64,000 nt of DNA. Source: an uncultured Chloroflexia bacterium. GTDB taxonomy: Bacteria; Chloroflexota; Anaerolineae; CG2-30-64-16. The notes below the pieces were generated by a model that did not search any database, was not told the origin of the DNA, and saw only the letters and a list, made by a program, of their open reading frames with translations. Each line of letters starts with the position of its first letter. Within the stretch, counting starts at the first letter, position 1. Positions 22,380 through 31,990 of the stretch are shown in pieces. The position numbers were made by a program, and so were the translations under genes. Location: NCBI GenBank assembly GCA_963810095.1, contig CAWEMM010000006.1, positions 672,001 to 736,000 on the forward strand, given 5' to 3'.

Positions 22380-22547
22380 TGTAGGACCTTCCTCCATTGG
22401 CGGTGAAAACTACAGGCGGAAAATGCGAGGAGATCGCTTTGGGTTGGCTGCGATTGGCCTCCTTTCCTGGGAGGGACCGGCCCCGCTGCCGGCGTCTGTC
22501 CATGAAAAGTGAAAAACGAAACTGATTGAGGACCTCTATTGTGAGCA

Positions 22548-22576
22548 ATTCTACTGCTGTGGGCGATCGCTGTCAA
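22548..22576 (-). promoter_or_regulatory. Near-consensus sigma70 promoter for M6 protease gene
   Basis: Minus strand TTGACA-17 bp-TAGAAT. Confidence 0.75.
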
Positions 22577-22603
22577 ACGCAGCAGACGGGAGAAAGCGGA
22601 GGT

Positions 22604-23308
22604 CTATTCACCCCATAACAGCCGTCCGCAGTTGCCGCAGTAGACCAGCTCGTCGCTGAAGCGAGCGGGCTCCAGCTTGCTGGGCGGGGCCTGCACCCGG
22701 CAGGCACTGCACGCGTCGCCGTCCAGCTCGGCGACGGCCCGGCCGCCATGGCGCGGCCGCAGGTGGTCATACGTGCGCAGGTATTGGGCCGGCACGGCCG
22801 CGCGGGCCGCTGCCTGCCGCGCCTGGTCGGATGGCAGGCGCGCCTTCAGCTTCGCTTGCTCGTTGCGCAGCGCCACCTGGCGGCTCTCCCAGTCAGCCAC
22901 CAGCTTAGTGACCTCCGCCTGGGCGCTTTCGCGGGCCGCGGTCGCGGCGTCGAGCGCGACCATGATCTCCAGCAGGCGATCCTCAATCACGGCTTTCTGC
23001 TTGTTGTGTTGGGCCAGATCCTTCTGGCCGGCCTCCAGCTCGCGGGAACTGCCGCCCTTGCCGCTGTAGAGCTTCTGCTCGATGGCCTTGATCTGGGCTT
23101 CGGCGTCCGCCTGCGTCCGCTCGACGCCGGCCTGCTCGCTGCGCAGCCGCGCCACCTCGTTGTCGGCCGCATCCAGCCGGGCCCGGGCGGCCACGAGGGC
23201 GGCCGGCTCGCGCAGGGCCTCGGCGATCTCCGTAAGCCGCGTCCGAGTGCTATCGAGCGCCAGGTCAGCCTCGCCCAGGCGAGCCAGTAGAAGTACGGGA
23301 CGGGTCAT
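22604..23308 (-). CDS. Coiled-coil protein with C4 zinc ribbon (DUF164/CT398-like)
   Basis: Long coiled coil, CSAC..CGNCGRLL. Confidence 0.88.
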   Translation of the reverse strand: MTRPVLLLARLGEADLALDSTRTRLTEIAEALREPAALVAARARLDAADNEVARLRSEQAGVERTQADAEAQIKAIEQKLYSGKGGSSRELEAGQKDLAQHNKQKAVIEDRLLEIMVALDAATAARESAQAEVTKLVADWESRQVALRNEQAKLKARLPSDQARQAAARAAVPAQYLRTYDHLRPRHGGRAVAELDGDACSACRVQAPPSKLEPARFSDELVYCGNCGRLLWGE

Positions 23309-23460
23309 GGGGCCTCCAACCTCAGGTGGTCAGCGCATTCGCCGCAGCAATTATACTTCATCCGGAGACCTGTGTTACAATCCCCAGGAATCCTGTGGAT
23401 TCCAAACAAATCCGGCGCGACGTCCTCACACCGCGCCTTGTGTGAAGGAAAAGTCCCTTC

Positions 23461-24225
23461 GTGGCGAATTCTTACCAGCCGGTTGCTGCCCTGGTTCTGC
23501 CCACCTACAACGAGCGCGAAAACCTCCCTGCCCTGGTCAAAGCCATTCGCGACCTGCCCGTGGCCATTCACATCGTCATCGTCGACGACGACTCGCCGGA
23601 CGGCACGGGCGCGCTCGCCGATGACCTGGCCCAGCAGTACCCCGCGGTCGAGGTCATTCACCGGGCGGGCAAACAGGGCCTGGGCACAGCGTACGCGGCC
23701 GGATTCGCTCGAGCCCTCGCCACGCCCATCCCGCTCATCTGCACGATGGATGCTGACTTCTCGCACGACCCGCGTTATCTTCCGACCCTGATCGGCGGCG
23801 GAAAACGCTACGACCTGACCATCGGCTCCCGCTACGTCCGGGGGGGTGGGGTGGTCAATTGGGGATTGGGGCGCAAGCTGTTGAGCTCGGGCGCCAACAC
23901 CGTCGCCCATCTCGCGTTGGGGCTGCAGGCGCGCGACTGCACGGCCGGCTTCCGCTGTTACCGCCGCGAGGTGCTCGAGACGATCGACCCTGCCTCGATT
24001 CGGGCGAACGGCTATTCATACTTGATCGAGATGCTTTACAATGTTGAACGGGCTGGCTTCACCGTCGGCGAGACGCCCATCATCTTTGCCGACCGCCGCT
24101 TGGGCCAGTCGAAGATCTCAAGGAACGAGATCTACCGCGCGATGCGGACCGTGGCGCGACTCGGCTTGCGCCGCCTGAAAGGAAAGTTCACACGATGCGA
24201 AACCAGGGATCCAGCGCCAGCCTAA
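23461..24225 (+). CDS. Polyprenol-monophosphomannose synthase (Dpm1/Ppm1-like GT2)
   Basis: PTYNEREN, DDDSPDGT, MDADFSHDP, GSRYVRGG, DCTAGFRCY. Confidence 0.92.
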   Translation: MANSYQPVAALVLPTYNERENLPALVKAIRDLPVAIHIVIVDDDSPDGTGALADDLAQQYPAVEVIHRAGKQGLGTAYAAGFARALATPIPLICTMDADFSHDPRYLPTLIGGGKRYDLTIGSRYVRGGGVVNWGLGRKLLSSGANTVAHLALGLQARDCTAGFRCYRREVLETIDPASIRANGYSYLIEMLYNVERAGFTVGETPIIFADRRLGQSKISRNEIYRAMRTVARLGLRRLKGKFTRCETRDPAPA

Positions 24226-24350
24226 TCGAATTGGCGCTTATCATCGTGCTGATCGCCATTGTCATCATGGCGATTCTGCTCATCATGGGTGACGATCTGC
24301 GCTTATGGATCGTCAACACGATTACAGGACTGTTTGCCGGGCGATCCTGA
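24195..24350 (+). CDS. Flp-like (type IVb/Tad) pilin, 51 aa, not in the ORF track
   Basis: MRNQGSSASLIELALIIVLIAIVIMAILLIMGDDLRLWIVNTITGLFAGRS; LIE + hydrophobic helix + G, as in Flp pilins. Confidence 0.7.
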   Translation: MRNQGSSASLIELALIIVLIAIVIMAILLIMGDDLRLWIVNTITGLFAGRS

Positions 24351-24430
24351 ACGAATGGCCGGATAACCCGGCAGGTCTTCTGCCACGGTTGATTCGAGCC
24401 GCATCTACCGCTTTTGGAGGCGTGCGCCCA

Positions 24431-25195
24431 ATGGCGAGCGCGCACCAGGCCGGCTGGCTTGACACCCTGTCTTCCGCCGGCCGCCATCTCCTCGACCTGC
24501 TTTATCCGCCCCAGTGTCCTGGGTGCGGCCGGGTGGGCGTGCTCTTCTGCAACACCTGCCGCTGCCTGGTTCAGAGCTACCCCGACCACGCGTGCCGCCG
24601 GTGCGGTGGCCTCCAGGTTTCCGGCGGCCTCTGTCCGGCGTGCCGCTCCACCGCATGGCCGCTCGAGGCCATCTTCCCCGCCACGCTCTTCGTCCACCCC
24701 ATCCGCAAGGCTATCCATGCGTTCAAGTATGAAGGCGTTGCCGACCTTGCCGGGCCGCTGGCCGGCTGGCTGGCCGCAACATGGCGCCTGCACGGGATCG
24801 AGGCCGACCTCATCGTGCCCGTCCCACTGCACCGGAAGCGCGAAGCGGAGCGCGGGTATAACCAGTCGGCCTTGCTGGCCCGCGAATTGAGCCGCGCGTG
24901 GGCGTGCCCGCCGAGCCCGCCTGCCTCATCCGGGCGGTGCGCACCCGGCCCCAGGTCGGGCTGAGCCGGGACGAACGCCGGGCCAATATTGCGGGCGCGT
25001 TTCGGTGTGCGGGCGAAGTTACTGACTTGCGCATCGTCCTGGTCGATGATGTGTGCACGACGGGAGCAACGCTCGAAGCGTGCGCGGCAGAACTGCGAGC
25101 GTCGGGGCGCGCCAGGTCGTCGGCCTGCCGTGGCCCGCCCAGGTTTTGAGATCAGCAGCGCGCCCTTCCCGGCGGACGATCCTGCGCTTGGCTAA
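24431..25195 (+). CDS. comF: ComF family protein (double zinc ribbon + PRTase), frameshifted near 24900 and 25125
   Basis: LLDLLYPPQCPGC, CxxC pairs, IHAFKY, PVPLH, RGYNQS, LVDDVCTTGATL. Confidence 0.9.
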
Positions 25196-25274
25196 CGGGC
25201 CCGCGGTGGCCCGGCAGGGACCGCAGACGGGCTTCCGTATAGCTAACGCTGGCCCAACGTATAGTGAAAAGCGA

Positions 25275-25303
25275 TTGACTTTTGAAATGACCCGCACTAC
25301 AAT
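25275..25303 (+). promoter_or_regulatory. Sigma70 promoter of hpf/raiA
   Basis: TTGACT-17 bp-TACAAT. Confidence 0.75.
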
Positions 25304-25462
25304 CGGGCCATCCACAGTCCGGCGGCGCATCGGACCCAAGCGCACGGAATCCTGCACTTCGCCGCTGGCAGGGTAACCGCTGGTAGCGGCGCCAACGCTG
25401 TTGGCACCCGCCGAGATGGCGTCCGATTCGCCCCGCCCCGATTACGGAAAGGAGCTAACGGT

Positions 25463-26032
25463 ATGCAACTCACCATCACCGGCAAGAACATCGAGATCAA
25501 CGACACACTCCGCAGCTACGTGGAAAGGAAGATCGGCCGGTTAGATCGCTACTTACCCAATGTCATCGACGGACGAGTGGAACTCGAGAAAGCTGAGGGC
25601 GCCCGGGCGGCCGAGGACCGCCAGGTGGCCCAGGTCACCCTCCGGACGAAGAACGCGGTGCTGCGCGCCGAGGAGGCCTCCAACGACATCTTCGCCTCAA
25701 TCGACGCCGTGGTCGAGAAGATGCAGCGCCAGGCCGACCGGTACAAGAACAAGCGGCGGGCGAAGCGCGTCGAAACCGCGCAGCAAATCGAGGCGGCATC
25801 GGTGCAGCGCGAGTTGGGAGGGCCGGAGGACGAACTCGACGAAGAGCGCCCGGCCGTGTCGCGCGTCAAGCGGTTCCACATGATCCCGATGGATGAGGAA
25901 GAAGCGATCGCGCAGATGGAGTTGCTCGGCCACGATTTCTACGTGTTCTTCAACGTCAACCAGAACCAGCTCAACGTGCTCTACCGCCGCCGCAACGGCG
26001 AGTACGGCCTGATCCAGCCCGAACTGGCATGA
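25463..26032 (+). CDS. hpf: Long-form ribosome hibernation promoting factor
   Basis: MQLTITGKNIEI, SIDAVVEKMQRQ, PMDEEEAIAQMELLGHDFYVF, YRRRNGEYGLI. Confidence 0.95.
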   Translation: MQLTITGKNIEINDTLRSYVERKIGRLDRYLPNVIDGRVELEKAEGARAAEDRQVAQVTLRTKNAVLRAEEASNDIFASIDAVVEKMQRQADRYKNKRRAKRVETAQQIEAASVQRELGGPEDELDEERPAVSRVKRFHMIPMDEEEAIAQMELLGHDFYVFFNVNQNQLNVLYRRRNGEYGLIQPELA

Positions 26033-26149
26033 ACTGACCGACCGGGTCGGGCAGCGGCGACCTCCTCGCCCTCCCGCCGTCCCGTGAATTGCCCCTGGAT
26101 AGTGGCGCAGGCTCGTTGATTTGCCGGCCGGCGTCCTCTCCGGGGGCAT

Positions 26150-26635
26150 TTGTTGGAGCCTTCCTTGAAGACCATTCTCTTCGTCTGTACCGCCAACATC
26201 TGCCGTTCGCCGATGGCCGCCGGCGCTCATGCGCGACCGTATCGCGAAAGCCGGGCTGGACTCGGAGGTCCAGGTGCTCTCGGCGGGCGTCTGGGCCGAG
26301 CCGGGCAGCCGGGCCAGCACGAACGCGGCCGCGGTCCTGCGCCGCGCGGCATCGACCTGGCGGAGCACCGCTCGCAACCCCTGACCTACGCCCTGCTCAA
26401 GGAAGCGGACATCATCCTGGTGATGGAAGAGGCGCACCGCCGCTCGATCTTCTACATGGCGCCCGAGGTGCTCGCGAAGGTCTACCTGCTGACCGAGATG
26501 GCCGGGGGGCATGACGACGTGGCGGACCCGTTCGGCGGGACGCTGGATGAGTACGCGGCGACTGCGGACGAACTTGCGGCGCTGATCGACAAGGGGCTGC
26601 CCAAGATCCTGAAGCGGATCGGGATCGCGGCCTAG
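26150..26635 (+). CDS. Low-molecular-weight protein phosphatase (internal compensating frameshifts)
   Basis: FVCTANICRSPMA P-loop, DVADPFGG. Confidence 0.9.
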   Translation: MLEPSLKTILFVCTANICRSPMAAGAHARPYRESRAGLGGPGALGGRLGRAGQPGQHERGRGPAPRGIDLAEHRSQPLTYALLKEADIILVMEEAHRRSIFYMAPEVLAKVYLLTEMAGGHDDVADPFGGTLDEYAATADELAALIDKGLPKILKRIGIAA

Positions 26636-26666
26636 GAAAAGGTGACTTGTCCGAAGAAACCCGGGT

Positions 26667-27434
26667 CTACGCCGGCCGCTTCACCAGGTACCAGTGCGGC
26701 ATGAAGCCGTAGTAGAACCCCAAGAGCGCCGCCAGCTTCAGCCCGACCCACCCGTCGCGCCAGCCCTCCAGCTTCACATACCGCCGCCAGAACTCGCGCA
26801 GCGGCTGCCGGATGAACTTGTGCGGCCAGGGCTTCACGCCCCGCTCGCGCAGGATGCCTGACTCGAGGGCCGCGTAACGCCGCTGCTTGGCGTGAAACTG
26901 ACCCCAGTCATCATAGTTGTAGTGCACCATCGGCTGCTGCAGGTGGCCGCAAGCGCCCTCCAGCAGCACGACCTCGTGAACCGGCCGGGCCGGGTCGTAA
27001 CGTGCGGCATCGCGGCGCAGCAGGCGCAGCTGGTAGTCGGGATAGAAGCCGCCGTGGCGCACCTGGTGTCCGGCGATGAAGTTGTGCCGCGGCACCCACC
27101 AGCCGGCCTCGGCGCGGTCCAGCACACTCCGCACCTCGGCGGCCAGCGGCTCCGGGATCCGCTCGTCAGCATCCACAAAGAAGATCCACTCGGCGTCGAC
27201 CGCCTCCAGCGAGGCGTTACGCTGGCCTGCGAAATTATCAAAGGGCCGCTGCAGCACGTCGGCGCCGGCCGACCGAGCCAGGGCAACTGTCCCGTCCGTG
27301 CTGTACGAGTCCGAAACGACGACCCGATCGGCAAAACGCAGCGTCTCGATGCAGGCTCCGATGTGATTCTCGACGTTCTTCGTCAGGATCACGGCTGCCA
27401 GCCGCACCCGAGTTGAGCCGGTCTCCGTCCTCAT
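26667..27434 (-). CDS. GT2 glycosyltransferase (KdtX/WaaE-like)
   Basis: DSYSTDGT, FAGQRN, VDADER, YPDYQLRL, VHE. Confidence 0.9.
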   Translation of the reverse strand: MRTETGSTRVRLAAVILTKNVENHIGACIETLRFADRVVVSDSYSTDGTVALARSAGADVLQRPFDNFAGQRNASLEAVDAEWIFFVDADERIPEPLAAEVRSVLDRAEAGWWVPRHNFIAGHQVRHGGFYPDYQLRLLRRDAARYDPARPVHEVVLLEGACGHLQQPMVHYNYDDWGQFHAKQRRYAALESGILRERGVKPWPHKFIRQPLREFWRRYVKLEGWRDGWVGLKLAALLGFYYGFMPHWYLVKRPA

Positions 27435-28453
27435 TTCTGTTCTCCCTGAGCGAAGATCCGTCGCACGGCCTCCGCAGTCTCGATGCGTCCGCGTTCCTCG
27501 ACCGCGTCGATCTCTCCGCGGCTGCCGCGCCTGCCGCTGCCCGGCGGACGTCGGCGCGCATGCCCAGCCGGACGATCTGGCCCGCGGCAAAGCGTTTGAG
27601 CGGGCCGTAGAAGCGGGCGTAAAGTTTGCGCCGGCTCCGCCACAGGTTCAGGACCGACTGGCTGCGAAACTGCCGGGTGCTCGCGCCGCCGTGATGGATC
27701 ACCCGTGCGGCCGGTACGCAATAGAACGGCCACCCCGCGCGCTCGCATGCGCCAGCACCAGTCGACCTCTTCCGCGTACATGAAATAGCCTTCGTCCAGC
27801 AGCCCGGCCGCTTCGATCGCCTCTCGCCGCACCATCAGCGCCGCGCCGAGCGCAAACTCGATGGGAAACGGGCTGCCCGCGTCGTACAGCGAGCGCGGGT
27901 AGCGGCCGTTGAGCCGGGAGTCGAGCAGCCGGGCCGGCCGGGGCGGAAACAGGTCGAACCAGAGCTGAAGCAGGCCGGGGAACGCGAACGCGCCGTGCTG
28001 AAACCGGCCGTCGGGGTACTGGAGTTGTGCGCCCGCGCCCCCGGCGGCGGGATGCTCGACCAGGAAGCGAGCCATCTGCCCGATCGCGTCGCCGGTGGGT
28101 TCCGCGTCCGGGTTGAGCAGCAGGACGAGGTCAGGGGAAGCGCTTCCGGCAGCCTCGCTCGCCGGCGTCGGAGGTTTCCCGCTCACGGAGAACCGCCAGT
28201 TCCGCGCAGGACCAGGTTATTCCCGCCGGCAAAACCCAGGTTGTCGTCCCGTGCGATCAGCCTCGCCTGCGGAAACTCGGCCGCCACCATCTCCGCGCTG
28301 CCGTCGCCCGAGGCGTTGTCCACCACCCACACCGTCGCATCCAGCTCAGGGCTGGCGGCGAGGCTGGCATAGGTGGCAGCGCAGGCACGCACGCAGCAAG
28401 TCGCGCACCTTGTAGCTCACCACGATCACCGCGAGGGCGGTCCGCGGGGTCAC
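27431..28453 (-). CDS. GT2 glycosyltransferase (WbbL-like), frameshifted
   Basis: VVSY, VVDNASGDGS, NLGFAGGNN, LLNPD, GAALMVRR, DEGYFMYAEEVDWC, HHGGAS. Confidence 0.88.
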
Positions 28454-29770
28454 GGCACGCCGACGTTGACGCTGATGCGGTCCACGGCGTCGTTCGCCAC
28501 GTTGACCTGCTCGTGGATCAGCCCGCCCCACCAGAACTGGGTGCCGACTGGCGGGCACGGCATCCATCTCGATGCAGCCGCCGGTCTGCCCCCGCTTGCC
28601 GGGCAGCAGGTAATACTGTTCCTGGCCGTCGATGATGCGCTTCTCGAGGTCTTCGGGCCGGCCAATCGCCCACCGGAAGGGGAAGTCGACGCCGGTCGAG
28701 TCGAAGTTGACGCCGAAGCGCCACGTGCCGGCCTGCTGGAGCCACGACTTCTCTGCTTCGCGCACGGCCAGGGTGTTGTAGTTTTCGCTGAACTTGTACG
28801 TCTGTCCGGGCCAGGGGCCCGAGGTGCGGATGGGAACATTGCCGTCGTTCTGCACGGTGGCGGTGAAGCAGAAGGTGTTGCCCAGGAGCACACTCACGAC
28901 CCTGTTGACGTCGCCCTGCCAGTCGATCTCGCCACCGACGATGTTCGCCCGCGGCTTGCCGCCCTCCTTGATGGTCAGCGTCGACGAAACGACGACGTGG
29001 TTGCCGACCTTGTCCTCTGCGTCCGCGTAGACAGCGTAATCGCCGTCGGGGGGCGGCTCGGCGCCCAGGTCGACGCCGCCGTCGTAGTCGTACCCGTGAT
29101 AGCCCGCCTTCCCCGTCTGCGACACAGACTTGGTCGGGTCTTCGGCGATCGGATAGCGCAGCAGTTGCTGACCCGCAGGCGGCTTGACGGGCTTGAGATA
29201 GACGTCGACGCGGGCGGCGTCCTTCAGAAGATAATAGGAGACGGCGACCCGATCATGAATGCCGTCCTGGTTGGGCGTGAACTCCTGGGGAATCACGGTG
29301 AAGTTGTGGATCTCGGGCAGCGCGGGGTCGCCGCCCGAGATGGTGATCTTGCCCTCCGCCTTGTCCGAGCGGCCGGAAGGCTCGACCGCTTCGATGACCC
29401 AGGTATAGTCGCCGTCGGGCAGCACCTGGCTCTCCACCAGCATCGCCCCGCCCTCGACCTGGCGCACTTCGGGATCATTGGTCGTGCCGCCCCAGTAGAC
29501 CTTGTAATCCCCGCGCGAGCGGCGTTCGTTGTTGCGGAAGTAGTGGCGCTGGCCCTGCGCGTCGACAAAGTAGATCGACACGTTGGCAGGCCGGCCGATC
29601 GTGTATTGGAGCAGGGTGACGTCGTCCTTGCCGTCCGCGTTGGGCGAGATGACCTCGGGCCGCACGGTCGCACCGGAGAGCAGCGGCCGGAAAGCGCACG
29701 CGCTCAGCAGGAGCGTTGCGCCGGCCAGGATGAACACCAGGGAAAACCAACGACGGGTCAGGACCCGCAT
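28450..29770 (-). CDS. Lipoprotein with repeated FlgD/Ig-like domains, one frameshift
   Basis: Lipobox LSAC; two ISPNADG/FTPNQDG ... PDGDY repeats. Confidence 0.7.
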
Positions 29771-29877
29771 GAGAGGACCTCCATTGCAGATAGCCTCGCC
29801 AGTCTAGCAGATGGCCGCGACCTGGGCAAACAGGGCTAAGGCACGCGGTGCGGTTCACGTATATCCGGGCGGGCTGG

Positions 29878-29985
29878 AACACGAAGCCACGAATGCTATC
29901 GCCGCGCCCTTCGTGCCTTCGCCCTCTGCCTTTCGCGCCCTTAGCGCTTCGCGCTTCACGCCCTTCGTCCACCTTCGTCTTCGTT
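29878..29985. repeat. Degenerate CACGAA/TTCGTG-TTCGCG short-period repeat (variant of family B)
   Basis: AACACGAAGCCACGAA followed by many TTCGTG/TTCGCG/TTAGCG units. Confidence 0.55.
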
Positions 29986-30026
29986 CCAACTCCCCCGTGC
30001 TTGCCACGCAAGCCTCACCTGGGTAC

Positions 30027-31971
30027 TCAGGGCGTGCTCTGAACCGGGATTGGCCCCAGCCTGACCCGCTTGCCCGCGGGGTTGTCGGCCACATCGCGGA
30101 CGTCCAATCCTTCGGGCGCGTGGGTGCATAGACGCCCAGCGAGACGTAGTAGTCGCCCTGGGCGCCCGCGGGCAGCGGCAGCGGGTAGCGGCCGAAGAGC
30201 GGCCGGCCCACGGGCCAGCGGGTGGCAGGGTAATCGTAGCCCGCCGGGCGCCCATCCCAGCGGCCGATGGGATTGCCGGCCGCATCCTCCAGGATCAGCG
30301 ACACCTGGTAGTCCTCGGGCAGGGTGTTGAGCGCCTGCCAGTAGACCGTCAACTCGCTGTCGAGCGGGTCGTCCCAGCCCAGCAGCGCGAGCTTGTGATC
30401 GAAGTTTGCGCCCTGCGACATGATCGGGTGCGGGCTGGGTCGCATAGGCCGCGTCCGGCCGCAGCTTCCAGTGGCCGCAGGCCCAGGTGCCAGAATGACC
30501 GGCCCAGCGGGATTTCCTCGCCTGCCCCGTCCAGAAAATAGGGTGCGAAGCCGACCGGGTCGACCACCTCGTTCTGCCACTCAACCAGCCACGCGCCGCG
30601 CAGGCCCGCCAACCCCTGCGCAAGCTCCGAGCCGGTGTCAAAGCCCAGGACGGCATTGACGTCCAGAACGTCGATTGGCGGCAGGCGCACAGGCCGGATA
30701 TCGGGCGCATAGTAGTCCCACGCGGGGGCCGCGTGGCCCGAGACCAGCACCACCCGCTCATCCGGCCCAATGTTCGCCCGCACATACGCCGCCAGCTCGC
30801 GCCACTGCGCCTTCGTAAATGCCGGGTCGCCGAACCAGTTGCCGATACCCACGATGGAAGTGACCAGCACAGGCGCCAGGATCAGCGCAGGCACTGCTGC
30901 GAACACGGGGCCCCCTTCGCGGCCCGGCCGAACCAGGCTGCAGCGCCGCCGCCCAGCAGGAGGAAGTAAGCCGGCGAAACGAGCATCAGATAGCGGGGGT
31001 TGAACTTCGGGTTCCGCGACGCCAATACCAGCACTAATGCTGCGGGGATGACGAGCACCAGGACGAGCAGGGTTGCCCGGCCGCGGTGATGGGCGAGCCA
31101 CAGGCCGGCAAGGGCGACGACGAGCGCGAGGCCGAACCAGGCCAGCCACCGCACCGCGTCGCGTTTCGAGCATGGTTTCCGGCGCACCCGTGGTGAAGCT
31201 GAGAGCAATGTGCCGCAACGCTTCGCCCAGCTTCAACTGCCCCTGCCAATACGAGGCGTCGACCCGGTAGCGGGTCAGCATGGCGGGCAGCCAGGGCAGG
31301 TAACCGAGCGCGATCGCGGCGAAACCGGCGAGCAGCCACGTCCAGCGCCGCCCGAGCCGCTGCCATCCCCGCCGCGCCTGGCAGAAGGAGTGCCACGCCC
31401 GCACACAGCCCGTAGGCAACCAGCAGAAACAGCGCGAAGTAATGCGTGTAAAGCGCGGCCACGCCCGCCAGCACGAACGTAAGCCACCAGGAAGCCCGGT
31501 TGCTCTCCATCGCCCGCCACAGCCCGTAACCGGCCAGCGCTCCGAAGAACACGAGCTGCGTGTACATCCGGGCTTCCTGGCCGTAGTACAGGTAGAGTGG
31601 GGAGACCGCCGCCAGCAGAGCGACCAGCGCGGCCGCCAGCGTCTTCCCGCGCAGGCCGAAAAGCCGGCGCCCGCGCGCTCCACAGCAGCGCGACCGTCAG
31701 CAGCCCAAACGCAACGGACGGGAATCGCAAGGCCCATTCACTGTTCCCGGCGAGCCTCGTCCAGCCGCTCAACACATAGTAGTACAGCGGGGGCTGGATG
31801 TCGTTGGCCGTCCACCGCGTCAGCTCGGCCAGCCCCTTCGCCGCCACCTGCGCGCTGACTGCCTCGTCGTACCACAGGCTCTGCGCCGCTAGCCGGTAGA
31901 GGCGCAGGCCGAAGGCAAGCGAGCAGGACGACCAGGCAGAGGAAAACGCGGTTTCTGCGCCGGCCCGTCAC
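30027..31971 (-). CDS. GT-C membrane glycosyltransferase (GT39/PMT_2-like) with C-terminal Ig-like domain, many frameshifts
   Basis: QSLWYDE, DIQPPLYY, ALRFPS, QEARMYT, YTHYF, NPRYL; C-terminal LTVYWQA..DY..YP..W. Confidence 0.85.
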
Positions 31972-31990
31972 ATCATTCCTGAGAGGCGCA

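Noticed and set aside
22380-22545. c-di-GMP/c-di-AMP riboswitch in the M6 leader
   Set aside because: No recognisable consensus elements by eye
25304-25462. Calling a canonical raiA-motif RNA
   Set aside because: Context fits, but the region is shorter and I could not identify the conserved 5' core; kept only as a candidate structured leader
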